A stretch of 64,000 nt of DNA from Octopus sinensis (lineage: Eukaryota), in assembly GCF_006345805.1 (NCBI RefSeq), contig NW_021832998.1:4676-68675 (forward strand), written 5' to 3'. The notes beneath the pieces are model-generated. The model had not been told where the DNA came from and did no database searches. It was given only the letters and a program-made list of their open reading frames with translations. The first letter of the stretch is position 1, and every line of letters begins with the position of its first letter. Position numbers and translations under genes: made by a program. Positions 38,856-52,937 of this stretch are shown here, in pieces.

Positions 38856-39401
38856 CCACCGCGACAACAAGAGCTTCTCAGTGCCACCTGCCAATGTAGG
38901 TGACAAAACCCCAAACACACCGCCAGCTTTGTTGAGTAAGATGTTGCGACCCTGGGCCGGATGTTTCTACCATTTTCAATGCTCGTTTTTGTTGCACCAC
39001 TCATCCTCTCTCTTAAGGCACATGTAATGGCTTGCTTTCTCAGCGGCGTTTTGTTCGACGCTCTAACAATTTTCCAAGCTCGCTGCCTTCCATGTCTCAA
39101 GAATAAAATTCTGTTAATTTTTCGCCAATGGCTGTTGGAGTTAAGAAATCTGCTTTTAAACAATGTGACTTTGCGTTCGGTTCTGCTACCTGGTACCTTG
39201 GGCAATCTTCTTTGAGAATAGAACTGGGCAAACTAAGAATAAAATTCTATTGATTTGTTTCCTCCTAATGGTTGAAAGGTGAAGAAGCTTTCTTTGAAAT
39301 CATATGGCTTTGGGTTCAAGTCCACTTTGGGGAAGTACCCTCTTCTATAGAACCGGACCGACCAATGCCTTGTGAGGTTGAAGGAAACTGCAGAAGACCA
39401 T

Positions 39402-39435
<34 letters not shown>

Positions 39436-39718
39436 CACATGCACATGTACGTATTTATGTATGTGTGTGTATGTATGTATGTGTTTGTGCGTGTGCATGT
39501 GTGTATGCATGAACATGTACGTATATACGTATATGTGCGCGCGTGTGTGTGTATGTATTTATCCACACACATGTATGTATGTATGTATGTATGCATGTGT
39601 GTGTGCGTGCGCTTGTGCGTTTCTGCTTGCCGCTTATTATTGGTCTTCAAGTTACACCACGTGACAACCGGGGTTTTTGTTTGTTTGTCAACGTTCTCAC
39701 AACTAAACAGTTCAGCAA

Positions 39719-39784
<66 letters not shown>

Positions 39785-39785
<1 letters not shown>

Positions 39786-40319
39786 GCCCTGATGCAGTAC
39801 CAGGCAGTGGCTCTCATGGCTTCTGATCTTAACTGATTGGAAGTGTTATCATGTACATTGTTTTGTCTTGGTATAAAAGATGGGCTACAGCAAATATTCT
39901 GCTCAATACCACAGATTTGCTTGTCAGTTGTTTGACCATAACCAGTTGAGTATGTCCCTTAGTGGCTGACGATATGTGCATATCTGATCACGAGCAGAAG
40001 TAGCGGGGGAGCATCATAGCCATGTGTTGAGAGGGATTCTTTGGAGTTTGAATAATTCACCTCTGGAAACATGGGTGTTTCATTCAACATCCTTAAACAA
40101 CCCTTATTCAAGGACCTTTTGAGCGGAATGGGCTACTCAACCTGAAGAAAATTCTAACTGGGCCCCACCTGCAAGGTCATGTGCTGTTTATCTTGATATG
40201 AGATCACCATGTCGTGCACATATGGTGTACCCTTATCAGACGTGTAGTCATGATGGGTATATTGGGCTTCGTATATTTTACCCCAGTGTCACTTTGATGG
40301 CATGAACTGCTCTCTCACT
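39785..40319. mobile_element. Non-coding ~540-bp element inserted in (TAA)n
   Basis: Same termini (TGCCCTGATGCAGTACCAGG ... GAACTGCTCTCTCACT) at 49458-50008, with (TAA)n on both sides of both copies. Inverted end fragment at ~30772-30835 next to (TTA)n. Confidence 0.85.
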
Positions 40320-40320
40320 C

Positions 40321-40377
<57 letters not shown>

Positions 40378-40388
40378 GATAATAATAA

Positions 40389-40463
<75 letters not shown>

Positions 40464-40474
40464 TGATGATGATG

Positions 40475-40532
<58 letters not shown>

Positions 40533-40577
40533 CAACAACAATAACGATAATAATAATAATGATAATAAAGATAATAA

Positions 40578-40737
40578 TCAGGGAGACACGCTCTCTCCAT
40601 TCTTTTTCGGCTTGGCATTGATGCCTTTAACTGACATACTAAACAGAACTGGATGTGGCTACAAATGTTACGACAAAATAATCAACCATTTCTTGTATAT
40701 GGATAATCTAAAACTCTGTTGCAAATGACAAACAGCT
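40578..40737 (+). mobile_element. R4/Dong-clade reverse-transcriptase fragment after (TAA)n
   Basis: QGDTLSPFFFGLALMPLTDILNRTGCGYKCYDKIINHFLYMDNLKL, corresponding to RT motifs QGDxLSP and HLLYMDDLKL. Confidence 0.85.
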
Positions 40738-42948
40738 CTCTCCTTTTTCTTTCACTCTTCGCCTTTTCCTTCAATTAATCACGTGAAAGCGTTACAGGCG
40801 GGCTAAGCAAGGAAGGAAAAAGCCTAGTTAAAAAAAAAAATTACACATGTCATACACCACAACCTTTCCCTCCATCCCATTCCTCCAATCCCTCACCCTC
40901 AACTAATCACGTGGAAGCGTTACGGGTGGGCTAAGTAACGGAGTAACAAGCAGAATTATTATAAGATTACTTCATTTATTTTTTTATTTTTGTGGGGGTC
41001 TGTCACAGTATTGTTTGCACACTTCATAATCCGTATTATTTATGCTTCAAAATTGAATTGAAAAGAGGCATTTCTCTCTGTATAAAACTGAGCACAAATA
41101 CTCTGATGTCGTTAAAAAAATAAACCAATGCATCACTTCCATGAAAAGTAATCTATTTTTCAATATATTCGTCCATTTTGTTTTGTTCTTTTTTTCCGCC
41201 GCCTTTTCTTCACTATTATTTCAACGATGTTAATAGATATTTTCTAGGGTGCTGTGAAGAAGCGACCTCTATCTCAAATGAACTCAGTTCAACGTCCTTA
41301 CACACTTATTATATTACATAACATTCACCATTTATGCCAATCGTTATTGGTTTCTTCTTGTTGATATTTCAATGAAGGTAAATTGATATTTTTCAGCGTT
41401 ATGCAATGGCGATAACTGTCATTATTCAAACTGATATTGCTTCCAATGATATCATCATCGTCGTCGTCGTTGTTGTTGTTATTATTATTATTATTATGAA
41501 GGCGGCGAGCTGGCTGAAACGTTAGGACGCCGGGCGAAATGCTTAGCGGTATTTCACCTGCCATTACGTTCTGAGTTCGAATTCCGCCGAGGTCGACTTT
41601 GCCTTTCATCCTTTCGGGGTCGATTAAATAAGTACCAGTTATGCACTGGGGTTGATATAATCGACTTAATCCCTTTGTCCTTGTTTGTCCCTCTGTGTTT
41701 AGCCCCTTGTGGGTAGTATAGAAATAGGTATTTCGTCTGCCGTTACGTTCTGAGTTCAAATTCCGCCGAGGTCATCTTTGCCTTTCATCCTTTCTGGGTC
41801 GATAAATTAAGTATTTAATTTATAATCGACTTAATCCCTTTATCTCTCCTTGTTTATCCCCTCTATGTTTAGCCCCTTGTGGGCAATAAAGAAATAAAAA
41901 ATATACTGTTTGAATAAGAGATAGGATGGTCACAGCTGGAATGTCGTTGATCAGAGTTAGGAGTTGTTGATCATTGACTGACCAAGACCATGCTGCAGCA
42001 GCAATAATAACAACAATGACGGTAACGCTGACGCTGACGCTGATGACGACTACGACGGTAGTAACGACTCTGAAATTACTTCTGCTTGATGGCAAGCGAC
42101 CGCTTTGCCTTTCATTCTCTCGGGGTCGACTAAATAAGTACCAGTTACGTACTGGGGTCGATATAATCGACTTAATCCGTTTGTCTGTCCTTGTTTGTCC
42201 CCTCTGTGTGTATCCCCTTGTGGGCAGTAAAGAAATAGGTATTTCGTCTGAGTTCGAATTCCGCCGAGGTCAACTTTGCCTTTCATCCTTTCGGGGTCGA
42301 TAAATTAAGTACCAGTTGCGTACTGGGGTCGATATAACCGACCGGCCCCTTCCCCTAAAATTTCGGGGCTTGTGCCTAGATTAGAAAAGAATATAAGGCG
42401 GCGAGCTGGCAGAAACTTTAGCACACCGGGCGAAATGCTTAGCGGTATTTCGTCTGTCTTTACGTTCTGAGTTCAAATTCCGCCGAGGTCGACTTTACCT
42501 TTCATATTTTTGGGGTCGATAAATCAAGTACCAGTTGCGTACTTGGGTCGATCTAATCTACTGGCCCCCCTCGCCCCAAATTTCGGGTCTTGTGCCTAGA
42601 GTAGACAAGATATTTACTGATGAAAAACAACTGGAAACACGTGGTGTTTTAATTCGGCAAGGGAATCGATATAAAATTCAATCAAGGAAAATAGTGAAGA
42701 GAGGAAACTTTAAATTGATTAAGAAGCAGTGATAAGAAAATTAGATAATGTATAGACTTGGAAATGCTTTATTAATGAGCTGTAAAGAATAGAATACAAA
42801 CTCGAATGAAAAGTGTTTGGAAAGGAATACTATGAAGGTGCGTAGTCTAGATCGGGGTTTCGATTCCAATACCGGCAAACACTTCATTTCACGTTCTTTC
42901 AATTCATCAACTGTAATAAAAAGGAATTTAAAGAAAATACTTAACGAA

Positions 42949-43107
<159 letters not shown>

Positions 43108-43879
43108 TATATGTGTGTGTATGTGTGTGTGCTTTGTCCACAGTAAGTATTTATAATTTCTGCGACTCCACGGTCTGTTTTTCCTTTTTCTCTCTCTCCC
43201 TCTATAATCCGCTTTATTTTCCGTTTCTCCTTTTCATTCTTTGCTATCCCCGTCTTTCTTCGACTCCCTACTATCTTTCGTTTCTTCTCCTTTCTCCACA
43301 TTCCCTTTGTTTCTTTCGTCCATCCTCTCTCTTGTCCTCCTTCATCTCTGCATGTTTGCTCACTCGTGACTACAGGCCATTTCTCTCCCCTCTGTCTTTT
43401 CTGGACGCGACGTCCATCTAGTTGGACGTCATTTCTCTCACCTCCTGACATTTTTTCTCTTCTACTATTTTCTTCTCTTCTATTTATTTTATATCCTTTC
43501 AAAATTTCTCTCAGGCATTCAATGATTGTCTTCGTCGATTGTTTATTTCCTGTACGTCTACTCTGTTGCTGTTTGTTCGTTCGAAGCCCTAACTCTCCAC
43601 AAATTTTATATTTTAAAAATCCATGGACGCTGCTGTATTAAAATGCCTTCCTTTCTTGTTTTTGAAAGCTCGAAATAGGAAGTAATAAACAGTCGACAAC
43701 TGAGGAGGAGTTTGACTTCTTTTGCTATTTTCTCCCCAACTTGTCTCTCGTTATCTGTTTACGTATTTTTCACTCGTTGATTGATGACCTGCTCTTATTG
43801 TGTATTTTTTGGTATTTTGTCCTGTACACTTAACTTTCGTATGTTCACGTGTTTTCCACTCGGTTGTGATGTCCTGTAC

Positions 43880-43981
<102 letters not shown>

Positions 43982-44763
43982 AAATTTATAGAAAAACAAA
44001 AGACGAAGACAGATGTATAAACAACAAGCAAGTGTATTAGTTTGACGCTCGGAAAATGAAGAAGTCTTTTACGTTCGAGCCTACGCTCTTCAACAGAAAG
44101 GAATAAGGAAAAATAAACAGAGATAGAAAGCTTGAAAAAGAACATAGATTTGAGCGGTCTAGCATGGCGAAAATGTATGTATATATAAATATATATACAC
44201 ACATACACTTACACACACATATGCACGACAGGCTTCTTTTAGTTTCCGTCAACCAAATCCGCTCACAATTTTTATTTTCGGCTCGGGGTTTTAGTAGAAG
44301 ACACTTGCCGAAGGAGCGGCGCGGTGGGACTGATCTCAAGACCTCATGGTTGGGAAACATGCTTCTTACTACAAAACCACACCTAAAAACAAAAACAAAA
44401 AACCCCCAGAAAAAATCAAGACAGTTGAACAAAACGAGCTCTTGTTCCTCCCACGCACACCTGTAGTTTAACAGAAACAGGTAAAGCACAATGGCCTCTC
44501 CTTGTTCAACGTATGGATCCAAGAAATAGCGAGGACAAAGATCAAATATTCCTTCAAACTGAAAATGGCTGGAGGTGGAGGGCGGGTGTAGGTGGGGTAC
44601 GAGAGCGGAGGGTTGGGTCAGTTGCTCATTATTAAATCTCTGTAGCAACCTGGACAGGTGATCAGGACAAAGGTATAGGGAGGAGACGTGTAGTCACGAG
44701 GGAAGGTGTCACGATGAACTTACCAGTTCTGGTGAACTTCCACTAATTTCTTTTTATGTTCTA

Positions 44764-45164
44764 CTAGCAGTATCGCCCGGCGTTGCTCGGGTTTGTAAGG
44801 GAAATAACTATATAAGCATTTTTAGAGATGTAAAGTATAATAGCCATCTCAATATGGCTAACCACAAAGCGTGGGGGGGGGGGTTACTGTAGCTTTTTAC
44901 GTTCTGAGATTTAATAATAAATTTTTAGAGAGTTACTTCCCTTATATAATAGCAAAAAATGCATTAAAAATGGGAAAAAATGATGGTAAATTTTTTTTAA
45001 AAATCGTAGACTCATCGTAGACGCGCGCTAATACCCAGAAGGGCTCGATATGAATCACGACTATAAGATACCCGGTTTTGGTTAAACTGCACCGCAAAAT
45101 GTGGAAGTAGTTAGGAATCTAAATCGTAGGAGACAGACACAAACTTCACTTTTATATATAAAGA
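44764..45164 (-). mobile_element. Complete non-autonomous Helitron (same family as 32745)
   Basis: Reverse complement starts TC-TTTATATATAAAA and ends CCCGAGCAACGCCGGG...CTAG|T. Confidence 0.9.
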
Positions 45165-45461
45165 TTTCCTGGTCCCGGATGGCATTTGCCATTGTTGTTT
45201 GTATTTTGTTTGCTTGTTTTCGGTGTAGTTGTTCTCAAAGATTTTCTTTGAGAGAGAGAAGGAGAGAGAGAGAGGTAGGGAGAGAGAGAGAGAGAGAGAA
45301 GGGGGGGACAATGTCTCTATTTCTTGTTAACATTTTGTCGAAGACAAACCGACGAAATGTATAAAAAGTAAACTTTTCTGCTGAGACTAAGTGAAAGAAT
45401 TAAGATAAATTTGTCGCCTTTCATTATAAGGACCCCCACATACAAACACACACGCAAATAT

Positions 45462-45492
<31 letters not shown>

Positions 45493-46399
45493 CACATACA
45501 GACACAGACATATACACACGCACACGCACACAGACATACATACACAGAAATCGAGCTTGTTAAGCACATACCAAAGCTTGCACCGATGTTCCTTTATTCT
45601 TTTACTCTCTTCTATCTGTTTCAGTCATTTTGACTGCGGCCATGCTGGAGCACCACCTTTTCGTCGAGCAAATCGACTTATTCTTTGTAAGCCTAGTACT
45701 TATTCTATTGCTCTCTTTTTGGCGAACCGCTAAGTTACGGTGACATAAACGCACCTGCATCGGACGTCAAGCGATATTGGGGTTGTGGGGGGACAAACAC
45801 ACACACATACATATATATATATATACATATATGCGACGGGCTTCCTTCAGTTTCCGCCCACCAAATCCACTCACAAGGCTTTGGTCGACCCGAGGCTATA
45901 GTAGAAGACACTTGCCCAAGGTGCTACGCAGTGGGACTGAACCCGGAACCATGTGGTTGGTAAGCAAGCTACTTACCACACAGCCACTGTTGCACCTATA
46001 ATGGCTAAAACTAAAATGAGTGTGAGTGACATAATTTATGGAGGCTATGTGAGGAAGGGTGGAGATTACTACAAGACAAAACGGTAGATTCCGTTAGGAA
46101 ACATATACACACATACATAAGAACGAATTGTTAGGCTTAAGACCTATTGTTTTTCTATTGCAGCTCATGTGATTAATGCTGTCAACTTCAAAGAAAGAAG
46201 CTTTGACCAAAGTGGTTCATTTATTAATTAATGTATTTTTAAAACAGGCAGTTTAAGGGTTTTACGTTTTAAATCCGTTTGAAGCCCGTTCAACATTATC
46301 TACAGGGTTATCGCCCTTAAGAAATGCTGCGTAGTTTTATTTCTCTCGATAACCTTAACAACAATAACACCAATAAATAATAAAACCGTAGCAAAAACA

Positions 46400-46571
46400 C
46401 CACCAATAAACAACGATAAGGATAATAATAACAGTGATAACAACAACAACAACAACAACAACAATAATAATAATGATAATAATAACAAAGATAATAATAA
46501 TAATAACAATAATAATAATAATAATAATGATAATAACAATGATAATAATAATAATGATAATAATAACAATG

Positions 46572-46602
<31 letters not shown>

Positions 46603-46718
46603 TAATAATAATAATAATAATGATAATAATGATAATAATGATAATAATAATAATGATAATAATAACAATGATAATATTAATAACGATAATAATAACAATG
46701 ATAATAATAATGATGATG

Positions 46719-46778
<60 letters not shown>
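46400..46778. repeat. Long (TAA/TGA/CAA)n microsatellite
   Basis: Directly visible. Similar tracts at 39720-39783, 40321-40577, 49328-49456 and 50577-50718. Confidence 0.95.
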
Positions 46779-46781
<3 letters not shown>

Positions 46782-48105
46782 GGAAACGGGTGTAGCTTCC
46801 CCATGGGCTGATTAATGATACATCTAGTGATGGTGTCATAATAAACACACTGGTATTTGCAAAACCTGATAATTGCTACACCATATGAGTGACAATGAAA
46901 GAAACAAAATATTGTGAATAACGGTGGTAATGAAACTGAAGCCAATGATGGTGACAGTGTTACACCCGGAAGGCTTAGAGATTCTGGTCCGGTTCCAGCC
47001 TGTCGATATCCAGAAAGGGACCACCACACACGGTGTAGATGGAATAAGCAAATTAATGCTGTGGTCATGAAGTGTTACTACCTGAGCAGCCCGGTAGATG
47101 AAAATAGTGATCAAATTAGGGGTTATCGACAACGTATGTATGACCATAGGATAGAAAAGGGATTGTTTCAACTCACGGAACAGAGACTGTGATAAAGCTA
47201 GAGCAATATGAAAAAAATTATTGGTTCACAGAAGTAGAGCTCGAAGCTATCAAAAGACGGATCATGGAAAATAGCAGCAGTGATAACAATGAAAATACAG
47301 TTCTTACTAATAAGAGTAATCTCATAGCACAGGAAAGGAGCAGTGGTAGATTACTTAATGAGAGACATATAAATGATCTAAAAGAAGACAATAAAACTAA
47401 TGGGGATATTTGGGGGGGGGGGAAATTGTCGATTAGATCGACCTCAGTACTTGACTGGTTCTTAATTTATCGACTCCGAAAGCATGAAAGGTAAAGTCGA
47501 CCTCGGCGAAATTTGAACTCAGAACGTAAAGACGGACGAAATACCTATTTCTTTACTACCCACAAGGGGCTAAACACAGAGAGGACAGATTAAGTCGATT
47601 ATATCGACCCCAGTGCGTAACTGGTACTTATTTAATCGACCCCGAAAGGATGAAAGACAAAGTCAACCTCGGCGGAATTTGAACTCAGAACGTAAAGACG
47701 GACGAACTACCGCCAAGCAGTTCGCCCGGCCTGCTAACGTTTCTGCCAGCTCGTCGCAATACTTGGTAATATCTATGATTAGGTAGGAGGCAAAGAGCTG
47801 CAGAAGATAGAAAAAATACAAGTTACTAAAAGAAGTTGCAAAAATGTGGGCAATGTGGGGTAGCTGTCATCTCTGCAGTTGTAGGCAGATTGGGAGGGCT
47901 CACGTTTGAGAAATATGCGGGAGAGATTGGAATTGACATGGAAATAGAACATGCTCAAAGAACTGCTCTACTGGGGGCAGTGAGGATTTTGAGATTGGTA
48001 CTGGGCATCGTAGAAAGGGCCCCCGTGCGGTCTTTGACAAGAGGTTATTGTCCGTTCTAAGAGAATTAACCGGAGCAAGCAAGATCGAAAGCTCTCAGAA
48101 GATAA
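46779..48105 (+). mobile_element. Internally deleted R4/Dong-clade non-LTR retrotransposon, interrupted by a SINE-A array at ~47403-47757
   Basis: N-terminus RWNKQINAVVMKCYYLS...GYRQRMY...LFQLTEQRL...NYWFTEVELEAIK and C-terminus VAVISAVVGRLGG...AQRTALLGAVRILRLVLG. Flanked by (TAA)n-type repeats on both sides. Confidence 0.8.
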
Positions 48106-48769
48106 ACAATAATAACAACAATAACAATAGTGATAATAATAATGATGATGATGATGATAATGGTAATGATGATGATGATGATGATGTCGAAGATGATGAC
48201 GAAGATGATGACGAAGATGATGACGATGATGATAACAATGTAGAAGTTGAAATGAAACTAGAGCAGCATCTCCAAATATGACTGCGATGTATATATATAT
48301 ATTTGAGGTGAATGGTAATGACCCAAATTCGTATTTGCACACACACACACACACACATATGGAGAGAGGGAGAGAGGGAGGAGGGAGAAAGTGTGAAGTT
48401 ACATAAGGAACCAAGAGTAAAGCAGAAGAAATACATTCCTTTCGACTGCTTGAACATGTTAAAACAAATAGCTGGGCAGACATTGATTCAGTTGGGGAAG
48501 GTGAGATTTGTTATCGTTCCTCAGTAAGCAGAAAGAAGGCATTCGATAAAACCTTTGTTATTATTGCTTTGAATGCAATTTTTTTGATTCACATGCAATG
48601 AAATGAGAACGTTATCCCATGTCAATAACATGTAGAGAAATGTGAAGAGAAGTAAGAAAAAAATAAGATGAGCAAAAATACAAAAGAAAGTAATAAAATT
48701 TAAGCCAAAAAGGAAGCATTCTGAAAATATGTTATTAAAAAGGTGTGAGGTTGTTCGCCTATGATGTGC

Positions 48770-49090
48770 GTATGTATGTATGTATGTATGTATGTATGTA
48801 TGTATGTATGTATGCATGTATGTATGTATGTATGTATGCATGTATGTATGTATGTATGTATGTGTGTATGTATTATGTATGTATGTATGTATGCATGTAT
48901 GTATGTACGTATGTATGAATGTATGTATGTATGTATGTATATATGTGTGTATGTATGTATGTGTGTATGTATGTATGTATGTGTGTGTATGTATGTGTAT
49001 GTATGTATGTGTGTATGTATGCATTGTGTGTATGTATGTATGTATATATGTGTGTATGTATGTATGTGTGTGTGTATGTATGTATGTATG
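48770..49090. repeat. (TATG)n microsatellite
   Basis: Directly visible. Confidence 0.95.
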
Positions 49091-49231
49091 TACCAGTTAC
49101 GCACTGGGGTCGATACAATCGACTTAATCCCTTTGTCTGTCCTAGTTTGTCCTCTCTGTGTTTAGCCCCTTGTGGGTAGTAAAGAAATAGGTATTTCGTC
49201 CGTCTTTGTTGTTATCATCATATTTGTTGTT

Positions 49232-49277
49232 AACACAACGTTTCGGCTGATATACCCTCCATCCTTCATCAGGTGTC
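49232..49277 (-). ncRNA. Minimal type-I hammerhead motif (inverted partner of 50767-50812)
   Basis: Reverse complement GACAC-CUGAUGA-AGGAUG..CAGCC-GAAAC GUU^GUGUU, with one stem II mismatch. Confidence 0.75.
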
Positions 49278-49327
49278 TTGAGGAAATTTCGAACCTGGGT
49301 TCTCATTCCTAAGGTATTTTGCGATGT

Positions 49328-49456
<129 letters not shown>

Positions 49457-50029
49457 TTGCCCTGATGCAGTACCAGGCAGTGGCTCTCATGGCTTCTGAT
49501 CTTAACTGATTTGAAGTGTTATCATGTACATTGTTTGTCTTGGTATAAAAGATGGGCTACAGCAAATATTCTGCTCAATACCACAGATTTGCTTGTCAGT
49601 TGTTTGACCCTAACCAGTTGAGCATGTCCCTTAGTGGCTGACGATATGTGCATCTCTGATCACGAGCAGAAGTAGTGAGGGAGCATCATAGCCATGTGTT
49701 GAGAGGGATTCTTTGGGGTTTGAATAGTTCACCTCTGGAAACATGGGTGTTTCATTCACATCCTTAAACAACCCTTATTCAAGGACCTTTTGAGCGGGAT
49801 GGGCTACTCAACCTGAAGAAAATTCTAACTGGGCCCCACCTGCAAGGTCATGTGCTGTTTATCTTGATATGAGATCACCATGTCGCGCACATATGGTTGT
49901 GATGCATGTGCCTGTTGTACCTTTATCAGAGGGTAGTCATGATGGGTTATTGGGCTTCGTATATTTTACCCCAGTGTTCACTTTGATGGCATGAACTGCT
50001 CTCTCACTAATAATAATAATAATAATAAT

Positions 50030-50578
50030 AGCCAACATTATGGAATAACAACAGAAAAAAGATGGTATAGACACACACCAGAAAAGGTCACAGAAAACGA
50101 GAAAGCAACCATAATCTGGGATATGCCGATACACACAGATAGAGAAATTAAGACCAACAGACCAGATATAGTTGTCAGAGATCATGAAGAAAAAAATGCT
50201 TTCTAATTGATGTATCAATACCAGCAGATGACAACGTGTCTCTAAAAGAAATGGAGAAACTTTCAAAATACAAAGATCTGGAAATAGAGGTAACCAGAAT
50301 GTGGAATCTAAAAACAGAAACAATTCCTATCATAGTAGGTGCATTAGGCATGATAAAAAATATTCAGACAAATACATACACAAAAACACCAGGACTTACA
50401 AAACACATATAACATACAGAAAATTGCACTACTAGGCACTGCATACATCCTACGCAGAACACTTTCCATACAATAACCATCAGAGCATCACAACAAATCA
50501 CAGCACATACCCAAGGCACACAGAGCTGCGCTCGGTAGTGTGAAATGAAGCACGCTATAAAAAATAAAACTACGGAAT
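50030..50578 (+). mobile_element. R4/Dong-clade LINE 3' end (restriction-like endonuclease) between (TAA)n tracts
   Basis: HYGITTEKRWYRHTPEKVTENEKATIIWDMPIHTDREIKTNRPDIVV...FLIDVSIPADDNVSLKEMEKLSKYKDLEIEV...PIIVGALG...QKIALLGTAYILRRTL (PD..D RLE domain). Frameshifted and 5'-truncated. Confidence 0.92.
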
Positions 50579-50608
50579 AAAATAATAACAATAATAATAA
50601 TAATAATA

Positions 50609-50646
<38 letters not shown>

Positions 50647-50766
50647 TAACAATAATATAATAATAATAATAATAATAATACGAATAATAATAACGATGAT
50701 AATAATAATAATAATAACATAGAAAAATAACTTAGGAATGAGAACCCAGGTTCGAAATTTCCTCAA

Positions 50767-50812
50767 GACACCTGATGAAGGCTGGAGGGTGTATCAGCCG
50801 AAACGTTGTGTT
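50767..50812 (+). ncRNA. Minimal type-I hammerhead ribozyme in a Penelope-like module (50715-50865)
   Basis: GACAC-CUGAUGA-AGGCUG gagggUguau CAGCC-GAAAC GUU^GUGUU, with palindromic AACGUU helix III. Confidence 0.85.
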
Positions 50813-50912
50813 AACAACAAACAAGATGAGGACAAATATCCGTCAAATGTAAATAATATAAATAACCAACAAATATATTTATTATATAACTGTCTTATCA
50901 TTATGGCCCACG

Positions 50913-51002
<90 letters not shown>

Positions 51003-51578
51003 ACGCACGCGCAGTGTTGTGTGTCTGATGCAATTTTCTTGCGGCATCTGCTGCCTAGCTTAGATCTCTTGAGTATTCATTAGCATATTTAACATGACTG
51101 TGATACAGGACTGTGTTCTTTACATGTCTAACGCATGAATTTTCTTCTTTACGACCGTGGTAATCATTTCGAGCATCTGTTGATGACTAAACTGGAGCAT
51201 TTCAAAGCGAGCGAGCGAGCGAGAGAAATTTCTTGTCAGCTGAACAACCTAACTTAGTGCCAACGTTAAGATAGGAACTCCTAACCTTCACCTTCGACCC
51301 ACAATTTAAACAGGTATCAGCGTTCTTCTGATATTCATTTAATTTGATGCCACTCTCTCTCGAACCATTAAAGACGCTCTTCTGAATTTTCTTGCTGAAC
51401 AAATAGCACAAATGATTCCTTTTTTCATAGGCGCAGGCGTGGCTGTGTGGTAAGAAGCTTGCTTCCCAATCACATGATTTCCAGGTTCAGTCCTACTGCG
51501 TGGCACCTGAAGTAGGTGTCTTCTACGATCAAAGCTTTGTGAGTGAATTTGGTAGGCGGAAACTGAAAGAAGCCCGTC

Positions 51579-51630
<52 letters not shown>

Positions 51631-52350
51631 GTATATTATATATAATATATGTATATATATTATATGATATATGTATTATATATGTGGTGTGTAGGTGTGT
51701 GTTTGCGTGTATCTTTGTGTCTGTGTTTGTCCTCCCATCATCGCTTGACAACCGATGTTGGTGTACTTTCGCTTACGTAACGTAGCGTTTCGGCAAGAAA
51801 AACCGATAGAATAAGTACTAGGTTTACAAAGAATAGGTTCTGGGGTTGATTTTTTTCGACTAAAAACCCCTTTAAGGCGGTGCTCCGGTATAATCGCAGT
51901 CAAATGGCTGAAACAAATAAAAGAATAAAACAATAGTACTGGAGATAGGTTCACCCCTTCCATCAAATGGTCATTTCTTGTACAGGTTCGTGGTGTGCCA
52001 TGCCGCAGATGTCCAAGTGATTGAGGAGCAACGGGAAATGAAGTGTTTTGCTCAAGAACACATCGCATTGCCCTGCCTAGGAATAGAACACACGATCTGC
52101 CGATCATGAGTGCAACAACCCCTACCACTAGGTCTTATATATATACATATATATATATATATATAAATTCTATAATTATGAGCATAATTATAATTAGGGT
52201 TCAGCAAAATTTGCTTCACCACATACCGAAATTTAGAAATAGCAGTTAAAATACTATTCTACTGCCATAAGCTATCTCACAGACAGCAATACTCTACAAC
52301 TCACCGCAGGTAAAGAGAAAAAAAATAACGAATACACTCGGCTTTGATTA

Positions 52351-52435
52351 ACTGTATACGCGTTTCGAGGTTAAAGAGATGTAAAAAAGATGTAAAATCA
52401 TATTTCTACTCACTTATTCCCTTCATCAGTACAGT
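52351..52435 (-). ncRNA. Minimal type-I hammerhead ribozyme with a long loop 2
   Basis: Reverse complement ACUGUA-CUGAUGA-AGGG...CCUC-GAAAC GC GUA^UACAGU. Perfect 6-bp stem I and palindromic ACGCGU. Confidence 0.85.
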
Positions 52436-52522
52436 ATTTCAAATTTTAAATTTTATTATTGATAATATATATATATATATATACAAAAGAAGGTTTGAAA
52501 ATGCAATTTAAAAGATGTTTAT

Positions 52523-52567
52523 TTACTTTACCGGTTTCACTCTTTGGAAAAAGATTGTCAAAAGTAA
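52523..52567 (-). ncRNA. Degenerate hammerhead motif
   Basis: Reverse complement UUACUU-UUGACAA-UCUUU uucc AAAGA-gu-GAAACCGGUA^AAGUAA. Stems are intact but the core is mutated. Confidence 0.55.
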
Positions 52568-52901
52568 CATGTAGAAGTTTGGTTGCGTTAATTATTGGTT
52601 GTTGCAAATTGCTACATTACATATATATATACAGTCTTTGGTAACAGGGACATGTGAAGGACATAAAAAAGTTCAACAAGTTCCTATAATATTGGGCACA
52701 AAAAATTACTACATAAATAATCGTTCTCAAGGACATGCTTAAGATAGTTTCCAGAAGGAATTGATATTGGTATTGTATCTGTATATTCAAACATGCACAG
52801 AATATTGGTTGACACAGAGTACTATAATCCATATAAATATACAGTCTTTGGTGACAAGAGTATGTTGAGAATATAAAAAAGTTTAACAAGCTCACTGAAT
52901 G

Positions 52902-52936
<35 letters not shown>

Positions 52937-52937
<1 letters not shown>

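Noticed and set aside
38837-39215. 122-aa and 84-aa ORFs in non-repetitive sequence (likewise 33643-34201 and 44400-44650)
   Set aside because: No recognisable domain or splice structure. They may be old TE or gene remnants, but this cannot be supported without a search.
46779-46920. HDV-like ribozyme at the R4/Dong 5' end
   Set aside because: Only one long-range helix was found; P1.1, P2, P3 and J4/2 could not be assigned by eye.
51202-51411. Possible minus-strand exon (acceptor-like TTTGTTCAG and donor-like AAG|GT)
   Set aside because: No recognisable protein similarity and no partner exons found.
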